From an uncultured Staphylococcaceae bacterium (GTDB lineage Bacteria; Bacillota_I; Bacilli_A; ML615J-28; CAG-313): a stretch of DNA of 42,607 nt. Below the pieces are notes generated by a model. That model saw nothing but the letters and a program-made list of their open reading frames with translations, had not been told where the DNA came from and ran no database searches. Below are positions 29,105 through 37,936 of this stretch, in pieces. The translations under genes and the position numbers were made by a program. The stretch lies in the NCBI GenBank assembly GCA_964453965.1, contig CAYVQA010000003.1, positions 1 through 42,607 on the forward strand. The letters run 5' to 3'. Every line of letters starts with the position of its first letter. The stretch's first letter is position 1.

Positions 29105-29967
29105 TAGTTTTCCCCCTTCTTTAAAATTGTTTTTTCAGTTAATTTACCTTTATAATATAAAACATTTAAACTATCATCAAATGAATCTTCTATTTTAAAA
29201 TGATGATTAATAAAATGATGATATAATTTTATTATTCTAATATATTCATTTGTATCTAAAAATTGTGGATAAATTGCAATTTCATCAATATTGTTAAATT
29301 CTTTTAATTCGTTTCCTAAAACATAAAAATATGGTTCATATACAAGTGTTTCATTTTGTTCTGTAATTGGATATTCATCATCACGAAATTCTTCAACTAA
29401 AGAATAATCTAAATCAGTTGGTAAATAATCATAATTACGATATTTAAAATAAGTTGATAAAAGTTTTCTTTTTGAATAAAAAATAGGAAATTTTCCAAAC
29501 ACATCAATCGCAATTTTTTTTGTTAATTTTTTATCAATCTCTAGTAATTCTGTTAAAGAAATTTCTTTTCCCATAATTATTTTTTCATTTTCTAAAAGTG
29601 CTATCTCAATATCATTAGAGTTTGTCATCATTGTAGATGAATGATAGATTTTTCTTGTTACTTTTTCATCTAATAATAATTGCAACACGCCAAAATCACT
29701 ATAACTAAAATAAACATTATCATTATTTTTGAATTTAACAATTATTAGTTTTACTAGGTGTAGTTCTTTTTCAGAATATACTTTTTCCAAATTGATAATA
29801 AATTTATAATGATAATTATCTAGAATATTTTCAATTTCCTCAATTCTAAAATTATTGAAATGACTATAACTAATTTTTTCAATGTTTAAAAACCATGTAT
29901 CGACAAATGAGCATTCTTTAAAAAGTTTTATATAATCATTTTTTACTAATGTGCCTATTATTTTCAT
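29104..29967 (-). CDS. yrrN: divergent U32-family-like protein in the YrrN position (no conserved cysteines)
   Basis: Overlaps trmR by 4 nt and yrrO by 1 nt. DVFGKFPIFYSKRKLLSTYF aligns by eye to the U32 signature E.F..G.l...YS.RC.lS with the Cys positions replaced. The assignment rests mainly on synteny. Confidence 0.5.
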   Translation of the reverse strand: MKIIGTLVKNDYIKLFKECSFVDTWFLNIEKISYSHFNNFRIEEIENILDNYHYKFIINLEKVYSEKELHLVKLIIVKFKNNDNVYFSYSDFGVLQLLLDEKVTRKIYHSSTMMTNSNDIEIALLENEKIIMGKEISLTELLEIDKKLTKKIAIDVFGKFPIFYSKRKLLSTYFKYRNYDYLPTDLDYSLVEEFRDDEYPITEQNETLVYEPYFYVLGNELKEFNNIDEIAIYPQFLDTNEYIRIIKLYHHFINHHFKIEDSFDDSLNVLYYKGKLTEKTILKKGEN

Positions 29968-30593
29968 TTTGTCACCTTAATACTGATAGCTTGACCATCA
30001 CCAAGTGGTAAGAAAGTAGTATCAAAATTTTTATTTTCTTTTAAGCAATTATTATAATGGTCAATTTTTTTTACCATATTTAAAACGTTTTTTGATAAAT
30101 TCTCTTGATTTTCAACACATCCATGAAATAATATATTATCGGTTACAACAATTCCATTGTGTTTTAAAAGTGGTGTATATTTGTCGAAAAACTTTTGATA
30201 TTGTGCTTTCGCCGCATCAATCAAAATTAGATCATATTCTTCTAATAAATTATTTAAATCAAGTTCTAAGGCATCGTCAAAGTGAACAATGATTTTATTT
30301 TCTAATGTAGCTTCTTTAATATTATTAATTGCTAAATTATACATTTCTTCATTTCTTTCAATTGTATCAATTCTTTCAACACAGTTTTCACTTGCCATTA
30401 AAATTGTAGAATAGGCTATTGCGGTGCCTATTTCTAAAATCCTCTTGGCGTTTGTTAATCTGATTAACAATTTTATTGCTAAAATTCCATCTTCTTCCAT
30501 TATGGGAACATTATTATCTTCTGCATATTTTTTTAATTTTATTGTTAATTCATTATATTTTAATTCATTTAAATTTTCAAGATATTTTGTCAT
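29964..30593 (-). CDS. trmR: SAM-dependent O-methyltransferase, YrrM/TrmR-type (tRNA ho5U to mo5U)
   Basis: ILEIGTAIAYSTILMA (SAM motif I) and LILIDAAKAQYQKFFD (family-3 O-methyltransferase). It sits directly upstream of the U32 pair, as in B. subtilis yrrMNO. Confidence 0.75.
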   Translation of the reverse strand: MTKYLENLNELKYNELTIKLKKYAEDNNVPIMEEDGILAIKLLIRLTNAKRILEIGTAIAYSTILMASENCVERIDTIERNEEMYNLAINNIKEATLENKIIVHFDDALELDLNNLLEEYDLILIDAAKAQYQKFFDKYTPLLKHNGIVVTDNILFHGCVENQENLSKNVLNMVKKIDHYNNCLKENKNFDTTFLPLGDGQAISIKVTK

Positions 30594-30610
30594 ATAATCA
30601 CCTTGTATTA

Positions 30611-30639
30611 ATTATACAAGAAAATGACTTTTTTTGCAA
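30611..30639 (-). promoter_or_regulatory. candidate promoter of trmR-yrrN-yrrO
   Basis: On the minus strand: TTGCAA (30634-30639), 17 nt, TATAAT (30611-30616). The implied leader is very short, with the AAGGTGA RBS right at the predicted transcript start, so confidence is limited. Confidence 0.45.
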
Positions 30640-30680
30640 ATGAAATAAGATTAATAATATTTTTATTGATTACTTTAATT

Positions 30681-31973
30681 TTAATCATTTGTTTCAATTT
30701 GAAAATATTCTTTGTTATCTTTATCAATAAATATTTTCAAAGCAAATTTTGCAGCTTCTTTATATTTACCTATTTCATATAAATAATTAATATAGCTATT
30801 GTTTATGCTTTGATGAATAAAACTTTTTTTTAAAATATATGAATCAGAAATTAAATTCTTTTTCATATAATTTACAAGTTCCGTTTGATTTGCATTTTCA
30901 ACTTTTTTGATTGTAAATTCATTATAAAACATATAAAAAGTTTCATATTTATTGAAATTATGATTTTTTAAAATATCTAAATGTTTGTATGTTTTGTGTA
31001 TATCATTAATAATATTTAAGCAATAATCTAGTAAAAATATTATTCTTGAACTTGCTTTAATTTTGTCAATCAATAATACACTTTCTTCATAATGTTTATT
31101 TACAATATGCATTTTAATAAAATAATAATTGTATTGTTCTAATTCTTCTTCATTTAATTCCCGATTATTTTTTATTTCTTCAAAATCTTCAATTGCTTTA
31201 TTAATGTTATATTTGCCATTAATGTAATAAAATTCCATTAAATGTTTTGTAAAACGACTAAGCGATATTTTTGTGATGCTTTTGTCTTTTAATTCATTGA
31301 AACATTCCCTAACTAATATTTCACTATCGATTATTGCATAAATCGTCATTGCTAAATCGTTTATCGCAATTGCAATTATTTCATCACTAGTATCAATTCC
31401 TTTTAAAATACGAATATATTTGTATGCGGCCTCAAAATTATTACATTTAAATGCAAATAATGTTGATAAATAAGTAAAGAAAATTAATTCTTTGCCAATT
31501 AATGATTCAACAATTAAATCTAAATCTTCAATTGAAGCTCTTGCGTCTTCATACATATCATCAATTATATTTACAAATAAAAGTAAAAGTTTTAATTCAA
31601 TATCACTATAAATTCCTGCTGATATCGCCTCGTTAACCATTTTTTTAATTGTATCATAATCATCTAATAAATATTTTTTTAAAACATCGATTATTATTTT
31701 ATTGTTTTCAATTCCTTTTACATCTTCATACGAAATTTCTAATTTTTCAAATAAATGTTTCAAAAAAACATCTTTTACTTCTACTTGAGCATTTTCGATT
31801 CGACTTAAATAACTTGTTGAACAGACTCCGCTTGCGACATCTTCTAAAGTCCTTTGTTTTTCAATTCTTCTTCTTTTAAGTAAAATTCCATAGTTTTCAT
31901 TCACCTCTTTCTTGTTTTCTGATAATTTTTTTTGAATTAAGTTAATTTTTTCATTAATTAAATTTTTTTTCAT
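30681..31973 (-). CDS. XRE-family HTH regulator with a long TPR-like C-terminal domain (RNPP/NprR-like architecture)
   Basis: HTH LLKRRRIEKQRTLEDVASGVCSTSYLSRIENAQ, followed by about 350 aa of helical-repeat-like sequence. The ORF-track start (31997) overlaps GGAGG at 31985-31989, so ATG at 31971-31973 (MKKNLINE...) is the likelier start. Confidence 0.75.
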   Translation of the reverse strand: MKKNLINEKINLIQKKLSENKKEVNENYGILLKRRRIEKQRTLEDVASGVCSTSYLSRIENAQVEVKDVFLKHLFEKLEISYEDVKGIENNKIIIDVLKKYLLDDYDTIKKMVNEAISAGIYSDIELKLLLLFVNIIDDMYEDARASIEDLDLIVESLIGKELIFFTYLSTLFAFKCNNFEAAYKYIRILKGIDTSDEIIAIAINDLAMTIYAIIDSEILVRECFNELKDKSITKISLSRFTKHLMEFYYINGKYNINKAIEDFEEIKNNRELNEEELEQYNYYFIKMHIVNKHYEESVLLIDKIKASSRIIFLLDYCLNIINDIHKTYKHLDILKNHNFNKYETFYMFYNEFTIKKVENANQTELVNYMKKNLISDSYILKKSFIHQSINNSYINYLYEIGKYKEAAKFALKIFIDKDNKEYFQIETND

Positions 31974-32232
31974 TAGACCCTTGTCCTCCATATACATAAA
32001 CTATATCATATTATTTATTCTTTTTAAGGGTTAAATGATTATTATTTTTATTTTTTAAAATTGTCATTTTCTTTAAGATAATTTATCGACATATATTGAC
32101 AAAATTCTTTTTGATTTATTTACTATAATTATCGCCATTTTTATTATTTTCACAAAATTCTTGTTTTTCCGACATATTATGTCACATTTTGTTATAATAT
32201 GACAATAGTATTTTTTAATTTAATTAAGATTG

Positions 32233-32262
32233 AAAAAAATGCGAAGTTAAATATCGCATTTT
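32233..32262 (-). terminator. rho-independent terminator of the Sel1-repeat gene
   Basis: AAAATGCGA (32236-32244) pairs with TCGCATTTT (32254-32262). The A-run at 32233-32239 gives a U-tract on the minus strand. The stop codon is at 32268. Confidence 0.65.
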
Positions 32263-32267
32263 AATAC

Positions 32268-34955
32268 TTATTTTTGTTTATAGGAACCACAATTTTTACA
32301 GTATTTTTTAAATAAACCAATAAAGGTTTTTCCGCCACAATTAACACAGCGATTCATTTCTATTAATTTATTTCTACCTTCTTTTGTCTTGGAATGAACA
32401 TAATAATTTGCAGCTTTGTCTAAATCCTTTTTAACATCACAAAGTCCATATTGATAGATTTCTCCTAATACATATTCGGCTGGATGATAGTGTAATTCCG
32501 CAGCTTTTTGATAATAATAAATAACTTTCGAATAATTAGTTTCGCCAATGTAGTCATTTTGACAATATTCGCCTATTTTAAAGTACGTTTTTTCAATTAA
32601 CTGATCGGTATTTACTTTGTTATTAATATAAAAATAATGGTTTTCTGGATCTGATTTTTCTGTTACCAAATACCATTTTAAAGCTTCTTTATAATATTCT
32701 TTTGAAATAGTTCCTAAATTGTGATAATGTTCTGCTAAGCTAAACGCCGCCATTTTACAATTATTTTTTGCGGCTTGTTCAAACAATGCGATTGCTTTAT
32801 CAAGATTTTTTTGAACACCTGTACCATCATAGTAACATTTTCCTAATTGATATGTTGCTATGCATAAATTCTCTGCTGAAGCACTTTCATATAACGATAT
32901 TGCCTTTTTTAAATCTTTTTCTGTGCCAATTCCTTTTTCATAGCATGTTCCTAAACAATACTGACCAATAGCTTTATTTTGTTTTGCGGCTTCATTATAC
33001 CATTTAAAGGCCAATTTAGGATCGGGGTGTTCAATACCAAAACCCATCTCATAATAGTATCCAAAACTTACTTGTGAAATAGCATTATTTTGATGTGCTG
33101 CTTTTTCATACCATTTAAAGGCTTCTTGATAATTTTGTTCTACACCAGTACCCATATGATAGCATATGGCTAAACATCTTTGAGCTATTATGCTGCCCAT
33201 ATTCGCAGTTTCTTTATATAATTCAATTGCTTTTTTTGGATCTTTATCCATACCATTACCTTTTAAAATACATGTTGCAAGGTTAGCTTTTGCATCAATG
33301 TTTCCGCCATTTGCGGCTAATGTGTAATATTTTACAGCCATTTCATAATTTATTGATGTTCCAATTCCGTTATAATAACAATCACCTGTTATATTTTGAG
33401 CCTCTGCATTACCTAAGCAAGCAGCTTTTTCAAAATAATACAGCTGCTTTGCATAATCCATAGTTGTTCCTTCTCCAAAGCAATAACATTTGCCTACTTT
33501 AAGAAGTGCAGGTATATATTCTTGTTGCGCAGATTTTTCATACCATTTAAAAGCTTCTTCCATATTTTTTGGAACTACAATTCCTTCTTCATAGATGAAA
33601 CCTAAACAATATTGAGATAATAAATTGCCACGTTTTGCTGCACTTTCAAAATATTCATATGCGATTTTCATGTTTTTCTCGACGCCAATTCCTAAATAAT
33701 ACAAATTACCTAAATATGTTTGCGCGTCTGGATTATTTTGTTTTGCTGCAAGTTTATACCATTCAACTGCTTTTGACTCATCTTTAGGTACTCCTCTTCC
33801 ATGTAAATTACAATAACCTAACATCATTTGGGCTTCGTCATAGTTTTGTTTTGCTGATTTTTGATACCATTCAATTGCTAATTTTTCATTTTTAGTAACA
33901 CCTTCACCAAGAAAATAACATCTTCCTAAATAATATTGAGCCATTGAAAAACCTTGTTCGGCAGATTTTTGATACCATTTAAAAGCCTCTTCATAATTAG
34001 TCATTACGCCTTTACCATTTCTGTAACACTTTCCTAAACCATATTGGCCTTTCATATTATTTTTTTCAGCTGATTTTTTATAGAATTCAAAGGCCTTATT
34101 GTAATCAATATCTACACCTTTACCATAATAATAGCAATAGCCTAAATTATTTAGAGCTAATTCATTTCCATCCATAGCTGCTTCTTCATAAAATTTAACG
34201 GCTTTAACATAGTCTTTATCTCCACCAACACCATTTAAGTACCAATTGCCTAGTTCTGTTTGAGCTTTTGAATTTCCTTGGTCAGCTGCTTTTTTATATA
34301 AAAAATATGCTTCAAAAAGATCTTGATATTTTGGTTCATGTTCGTAAATCATAGCTAAATTGACTTGTGCAAATGCATGGTTTTGATCAGCTGCTTTTTT
34401 GTAGAATTCAATCGCTTTTTCTAAATCTTTTTCTACGCCATAACCATCTCTATAGCAATTGCCTAAATTATATTGAGCCACTGCGCAATTTTGGCTTGCT
34501 GATAATTCAAATAATTCAATCGCTTTTTTTAAATCTTTTTCTACGCCATAACCATTTTTATAACAATTACCTAAATTATTTTGTGCTACTGCATAATTTT
34601 GATTTGCTGATAATGTAAATAATTCGACAGCTTTTTTTAAATCTTTTTCTACACCTTCACCATAATAGTAACAATTACCTAAGTGGAGTTCCGCCCTAGC
34701 AAGTCCTTGGTTAACAGCTTTTGTATAATATTCAACTGCTTTGACATAATCTACAGTTGTGCCTATACCATTATAATAACAATATCCTAAGTAATCAGAA
34801 TCTGTCGCTGAAATATCTTTTCTACTATCAAAGTAATCAAATATTTTCTTTTCTTTCTCTTTTCCACCCAAAAATATCATATTTTTGTATGGGATATTTT
34901 TTTGTCTTGCTTTAATAAATTGTTCGATATCACAAATTAATTTTTTATTTTGCAA
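32268..34955 (-). CDS. cytoplasmic Sel1-like repeat (SLR) protein, about 22 repeats, with a C-terminal zinc ribbon
   Basis: Reiterated 36-aa units of the form A.AQ..LG.CY..G.GVEKDL.KA.EWY.KAA.QN. There is no signal peptide. The C-terminus is CVNCGGKTF...CKNCGS. TTG start at 34955, with GGAGG 6 nt upstream. Confidence 0.9.
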   Translation of the reverse strand: MQNKKLICDIEQFIKARQKNIPYKNMIFLGGKEKEKKIFDYFDSRKDISATDSDYLGYCYYNGIGTTVDYVKAVEYYTKAVNQGLARAELHLGNCYYYGEGVEKDLKKAVELFTLSANQNYAVAQNNLGNCYKNGYGVEKDLKKAIELFELSASQNCAVAQYNLGNCYRDGYGVEKDLEKAIEFYKKAADQNHAFAQVNLAMIYEHEPKYQDLFEAYFLYKKAADQGNSKAQTELGNWYLNGVGGDKDYVKAVKFYEEAAMDGNELALNNLGYCYYYGKGVDIDYNKAFEFYKKSAEKNNMKGQYGLGKCYRNGKGVMTNYEEAFKWYQKSAEQGFSMAQYYLGRCYFLGEGVTKNEKLAIEWYQKSAKQNYDEAQMMLGYCNLHGRGVPKDESKAVEWYKLAAKQNNPDAQTYLGNLYYLGIGVEKNMKIAYEYFESAAKRGNLLSQYCLGFIYEEGIVVPKNMEEAFKWYEKSAQQEYIPALLKVGKCYCFGEGTTMDYAKQLYYFEKAACLGNAEAQNITGDCYYNGIGTSINYEMAVKYYTLAANGGNIDAKANLATCILKGNGMDKDPKKAIELYKETANMGSIIAQRCLAICYHMGTGVEQNYQEAFKWYEKAAHQNNAISQVSFGYYYEMGFGIEHPDPKLAFKWYNEAAKQNKAIGQYCLGTCYEKGIGTEKDLKKAISLYESASAENLCIATYQLGKCYYDGTGVQKNLDKAIALFEQAAKNNCKMAAFSLAEHYHNLGTISKEYYKEALKWYLVTEKSDPENHYFYINNKVNTDQLIEKTYFKIGEYCQNDYIGETNYSKVIYYYQKAAELHYHPAEYVLGEIYQYGLCDVKKDLDKAANYYVHSKTKEGRNKLIEMNRCVNCGGKTFIGLFKKYCKNCGSYKQK
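34405..34728. repeat. three consecutive 108-bp units with long near-identical stretches inside the Sel1 gene
   Basis: AATTCAATCGCTTTTT.TAAATCTTTTTCTACGCCATAACCAT recurs at 34405 and 34513, and in diverged form (AATTCGACAGC...) at 34621. The period is exactly 108 bp, equal to one 36-aa Sel1 unit. Confidence 0.8.
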
Positions 34956-35077
34956 AATAAGCCTCCTATTTTATAAATATTAAGAAAGATGAAGTTGAAA
35001 ATTTATTTTATCCTCCTTCATCTCCAAATATTAATTATTTAAAAAATCAATTATTTTAATAGACATTTTCGAAATTA

Positions 35078-35791
35078 TCATTCATATACTGCACTATATT
35101 TTTTTAATAGTTTTATACATTCTTTCTCATTGACAAATTTGGTTACAAAATTATGAAAATCTCTGCTATGATTAGGATAAAGGAAATGTGATAATTCATG
35201 GCATATTACATATTCAATGCATTCAATATCTGTATGAATTAACGCTATATTTAAAATTATTTGATTTCTTTTAAAATAACATGTGCCCCAACGTGATTTA
35301 TAATTTTTTATTATTAGTTCTGGATATTTTGGCAAATAATCTTTCATTTTTTGAAATACTCGATATAATATTTCATTAAATAATAGATTTGCGGTTTTAT
35401 ATTTCCATTCATCAACGATTTGTTTAATAACTTCATAATTATTTGTTTTTGTATAAATAAATAAAGTTTTTTCGCTAAATACCAGAGTTGGGTATTTTGA
35501 AATAATTATCTTTATTTGATAATTTTTTCCTAAATACAAATAGTTTTCATTATCAATATATTTACGTATATGTATTTTACGTTTAGTTCTATTCTTTATA
35601 ATCCAATCGTAATGTGCTTTTAAAAATTCATCAACCTTTGATAATTTTGTACTTGCAGGAATTAAAATTATTAGTTCATTATTTTGATTAATTTTTAGCG
35701 TTAAGCGATTTGATTTAGATATTTTTACTTGATAAGAAATATTTGCATCATCTAAAATTTTAAATTTTATATTATTTACTATATGGGCCAT
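35078..35791 (-). CDS. YgjP-like M48/DUF45 zinc metallohydrolase
   Basis: C-terminal HELSHFLYPNHS (HExxH...H). SRWGTCYFKRNQIILN is typical of the YgjP/DUF45 family. 237 aa. It overlaps the upstream gene by 20 nt. Confidence 0.8.
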   Translation of the reverse strand: MAHIVNNIKFKILDDANISYQVKISKSNRLTLKINQNNELIILIPASTKLSKVDEFLKAHYDWIIKNRTKRKIHIRKYIDNENYLYLGKNYQIKIIISKYPTLVFSEKTLFIYTKTNNYEVIKQIVDEWKYKTANLLFNEILYRVFQKMKDYLPKYPELIIKNYKSRWGTCYFKRNQIILNIALIHTDIECIEYVICHELSHFLYPNHSRDFHNFVTKFVNEKECIKLLKKYSAVYE

Positions 35792-36305
35792 AAAATTCTA
35801 AAATTTGCTTTGCGGCTTCTTCAATTGATAAATGTTCACTATCGATAATCAAATCGGCTAAATTTTCTATTTCAGTTGTAAAGCATATTTGGTCACTTTT
35901 TAAGCGGCGTTTGATTGATTCAGGTTGATCTTTTCTTTTAATCATTCTTAATTTACGAACATCTTCACTACATTTTAAATAACAAATTTTAACTTTATCT
36001 TTTGCTTTTTCAATGTATTTCTTTAATCCATTAGGTTCTAAAATAACAACGCTTGTTGGATTAATATCATTATTTGCAGTTCCATAATAATTATTATTAT
36101 AAATAACATATTCAAAAAAGAAATTATTTTCAAGTTTATATTTAAAATCATCTAAACTAATAAAATGATAGTCAACATCTTCTGTTTCATTCCATCTAAG
36201 TAGACGTGTTGTATAAGTAACTAATTTTTTTAATGAAGAAATTTCAGTGATTTTTTTTACAATCTCCGTTTTTCCAGCGGCACTAGGACCAACAATAATT
36301 AACAT
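35772..36305 (-). CDS. gmk: guanylate kinase family protein (short, 177 aa)
   Basis: P-loop IIVGPSAAGKT. TYTTRLLRWNETEDVDYHFIS and EYVIYNNNYYGT parallel the guanylate kinase motifs TTR..R..E..G.DY.F and E.a...gn.YGT. I cannot tell whether it is the housekeeping gmk or a paralog. Confidence 0.55.
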   Translation of the reverse strand: MLIIVGPSAAGKTEIVKKITEISSLKKLVTYTTRLLRWNETEDVDYHFISLDDFKYKLENNFFFEYVIYNNNYYGTANNDINPTSVVILEPNGLKKYIEKAKDKVKICYLKCSEDVRKLRMIKRKDQPESIKRRLKSDQICFTTEIENLADLIIDSEHLSIEEAAKQILEFYGPYSK

Positions 36306-36320
36306 AAAAATACCTCATTT

Positions 36321-37559
36321 TTAATTTTGTGATGGGGCGATTTCTTTGGCTTTTGTCAAAGTAATCTTAACAACTAATGGGCCAATTAATTCATATATTA
36401 ATGTGGCACAAAGAATAATTGTTCTAATTTGAGAACCAATTGGTGAATTAGTAAAGGTTGTTGCCACAAGCCCTGATAAACCTAACGCTACACCAGCTTG
36501 AGGAATTAAACACCAACCTAAATATTTTGTTGTGTTTTTTCCGGCTTTTGATATTACTGAACCAATTATGGCTCCAAAATACTTTCCTAAAACACGAATT
36601 ATAATATAAATAATACCGATTACTCCAACCGAAATGACTGCTTTTAATTCTAAATCAGCTCCAGAAACAACAAAGAATAACATATAAATTGCTGGTGTAA
36701 ATCGATCAATTAATGGCATAACATCTAAAATATGATTTGAAAAATTAACTAATACAGCACCTATCATCATACAAGTTAATAAAGTAGATAAATTTAATGA
36801 AAAAGCATTATTAATTAATTGATCTAAACCAATTCCTGCAAAACAAATAGCAATAACACAACAAATTCTGTTTGATCTACCTTTAAAAAAATGAATCAAT
36901 AATACTAAAACTATTCCTAAAATTATTCCAATTATAAGTGATAAAATAATTTCTAAAAATGGTGTTACAATCGATAATGCAATATTACCGCCACTAGTAT
37001 GATTGAAAATTCTTAGTGCAAATGTCATACTAAAACCAAAAATAATTAAAGCCACCGCGTCATCTATAGCAACAACACTTAATAAATTATCGGTTACTTC
37101 ACCTTTTGCTTTGTATTGTTTAATTACAAGAAGTGTTGCAGCAGGGGCTGTTGCAGACGCAATCGACGCAAGCATTAACGCAAATACAACTGGCTCACCG
37201 CCTAAAGCATCCTTTCCGGCGATAAATGAATATATCATTACAGCACAAAAAACAAATACAGAAGCCATTAATGCTTCAAATAATGCAATAATAAATGGTT
37301 TTGCACCTACTTTTTTGAAATAGCTAACTTTAAAGTTAAATCCTATTGTTAAAGCAATAAAACCTAATGCAACGTCACATAAAATATTTAGTCCTGTAAG
37401 CATTTCTTTATTAACTAATCCTAAGATTGATGGTCCTATAATTAAACCACCAACTAAGTATCCCGTTACATTTGGAAAATGTAATACTTTTGCAATTTTG
37501 GTGAATAAAAGTCCTGTAAGCAATATAACTGATATTGCAAGTAAAACATCTTTAATCAT
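36321..37559 (-). CDS. cation:proton antiporter (CPA2 / Na+-H+ exchanger family), membrane domain only
   Basis: 412 aa, about 11-12 TM segments. The N-terminal KVLHFPNVTGYLVGGLIIGPSILGL is typical of the Na_H_Exchanger family. No C-terminal RCK/TrkA domain. Confidence 0.85.
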   Translation of the reverse strand: MIKDVLLAISVILLTGLLFTKIAKVLHFPNVTGYLVGGLIIGPSILGLVNKEMLTGLNILCDVALGFIALTIGFNFKVSYFKKVGAKPFIIALFEALMASVFVFCAVMIYSFIAGKDALGGEPVVFALMLASIASATAPAATLLVIKQYKAKGEVTDNLLSVVAIDDAVALIIFGFSMTFALRIFNHTSGGNIALSIVTPFLEIILSLIIGIILGIVLVLLIHFFKGRSNRICCVIAICFAGIGLDQLINNAFSLNLSTLLTCMMIGAVLVNFSNHILDVMPLIDRFTPAIYMLFFVVSGADLELKAVISVGVIGIIYIIIRVLGKYFGAIIGSVISKAGKNTTKYLGWCLIPQAGVALGLSGLVATTFTNSPIGSQIRTIILCATLIYELIGPLVVKITLTKAKEIAPSQN

Positions 37560-37568
37560 TTCGTACCT

Positions 37569-37907
37569 CTAAAATTTCATGCCTTTAACAAAGTCAAGTG
37601 GGAATGATGCTAAAATTCCTGTATTTGGCTCTGATAAATCACCAACAATTTTTTTAATACATTCATTAACGATTTCTAATTGTTTATCATGAATAATGAG
37701 CAACAATGTGCAATTATTTTTACGTTCTGGATTTAAAAGGGCTCTTAATGAACCAAAAAAAGCAAATTCTTCTTGATTAGCAAGTTCATATGCCATTCCT
37801 TTTGATTCAATGATAGTTCCGCCTTTTATACCATTATCTAATAATTCTTTTAATAATTGATCTAATACTTCAGTTTTATTTAAAATAAATAATACAATTC
37901 TTTCCAT
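37569..37907 (-). CDS. P-II-like small signalling-fold protein (112 aa)
   Basis: By eye it aligns with GlnB-type P-II. MERIVLFILNKTEVLDQLLKELLDNGIKGGTIIESKGM compares with [37 protein letters not shown]. The second beta-alpha-beta unit is TLLLIIHDKQLEIVNECIKKI. Family-level assignment is uncertain (P-II versus DUF190-like). Confidence 0.5.
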   Translation of the reverse strand: MERIVLFILNKTEVLDQLLKELLDNGIKGGTIIESKGMAYELANQEEFAFFGSLRALLNPERKNNCTLLLIIHDKQLEIVNECIKKIVGDLSEPNTGILASFPLDFVKGMKF

Positions 37908-37936
37908 ATTAATACTCCCTTTTTTATTACCTATAT

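Noticed and set aside
30624-30782. 52-aa hydrophobic plus-strand ORF (MTFFANEIRLIIFLLITLILIICF...) convergent with the XRE-TPR regulator, considered as an SHP/pro-peptide candidate.
   Set aside because: It has no Shine-Dalgarno and runs antisense through the regulator's 3' coding region. Its start lies inside the trmR promoter, and the F/I/L-rich composition is what antisense AT-rich DNA yields by chance.
31998-32267. Short minus-strand ORFs in the regulator's upstream spacer (MSEKQEFCENNKNGDNYSK, MAIIIVNKSKRILSIYVDKLS, MTILKNKNNNHLTLKKNK), considered as signalling peptides.
   Set aside because: None has an RBS or a signal-like hydrophobic N-terminus. The first begins immediately after the putative -10 element and would be upstream of the transcript start.
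34990-35030. Possible terminator hairpin (GATGAAG ... CTTCATC) between the YgjP-like gene and the Sel1 gene.
   Set aside because: The loop is about 24 nt and the U-tract is poor, so it was not reported as a feature.
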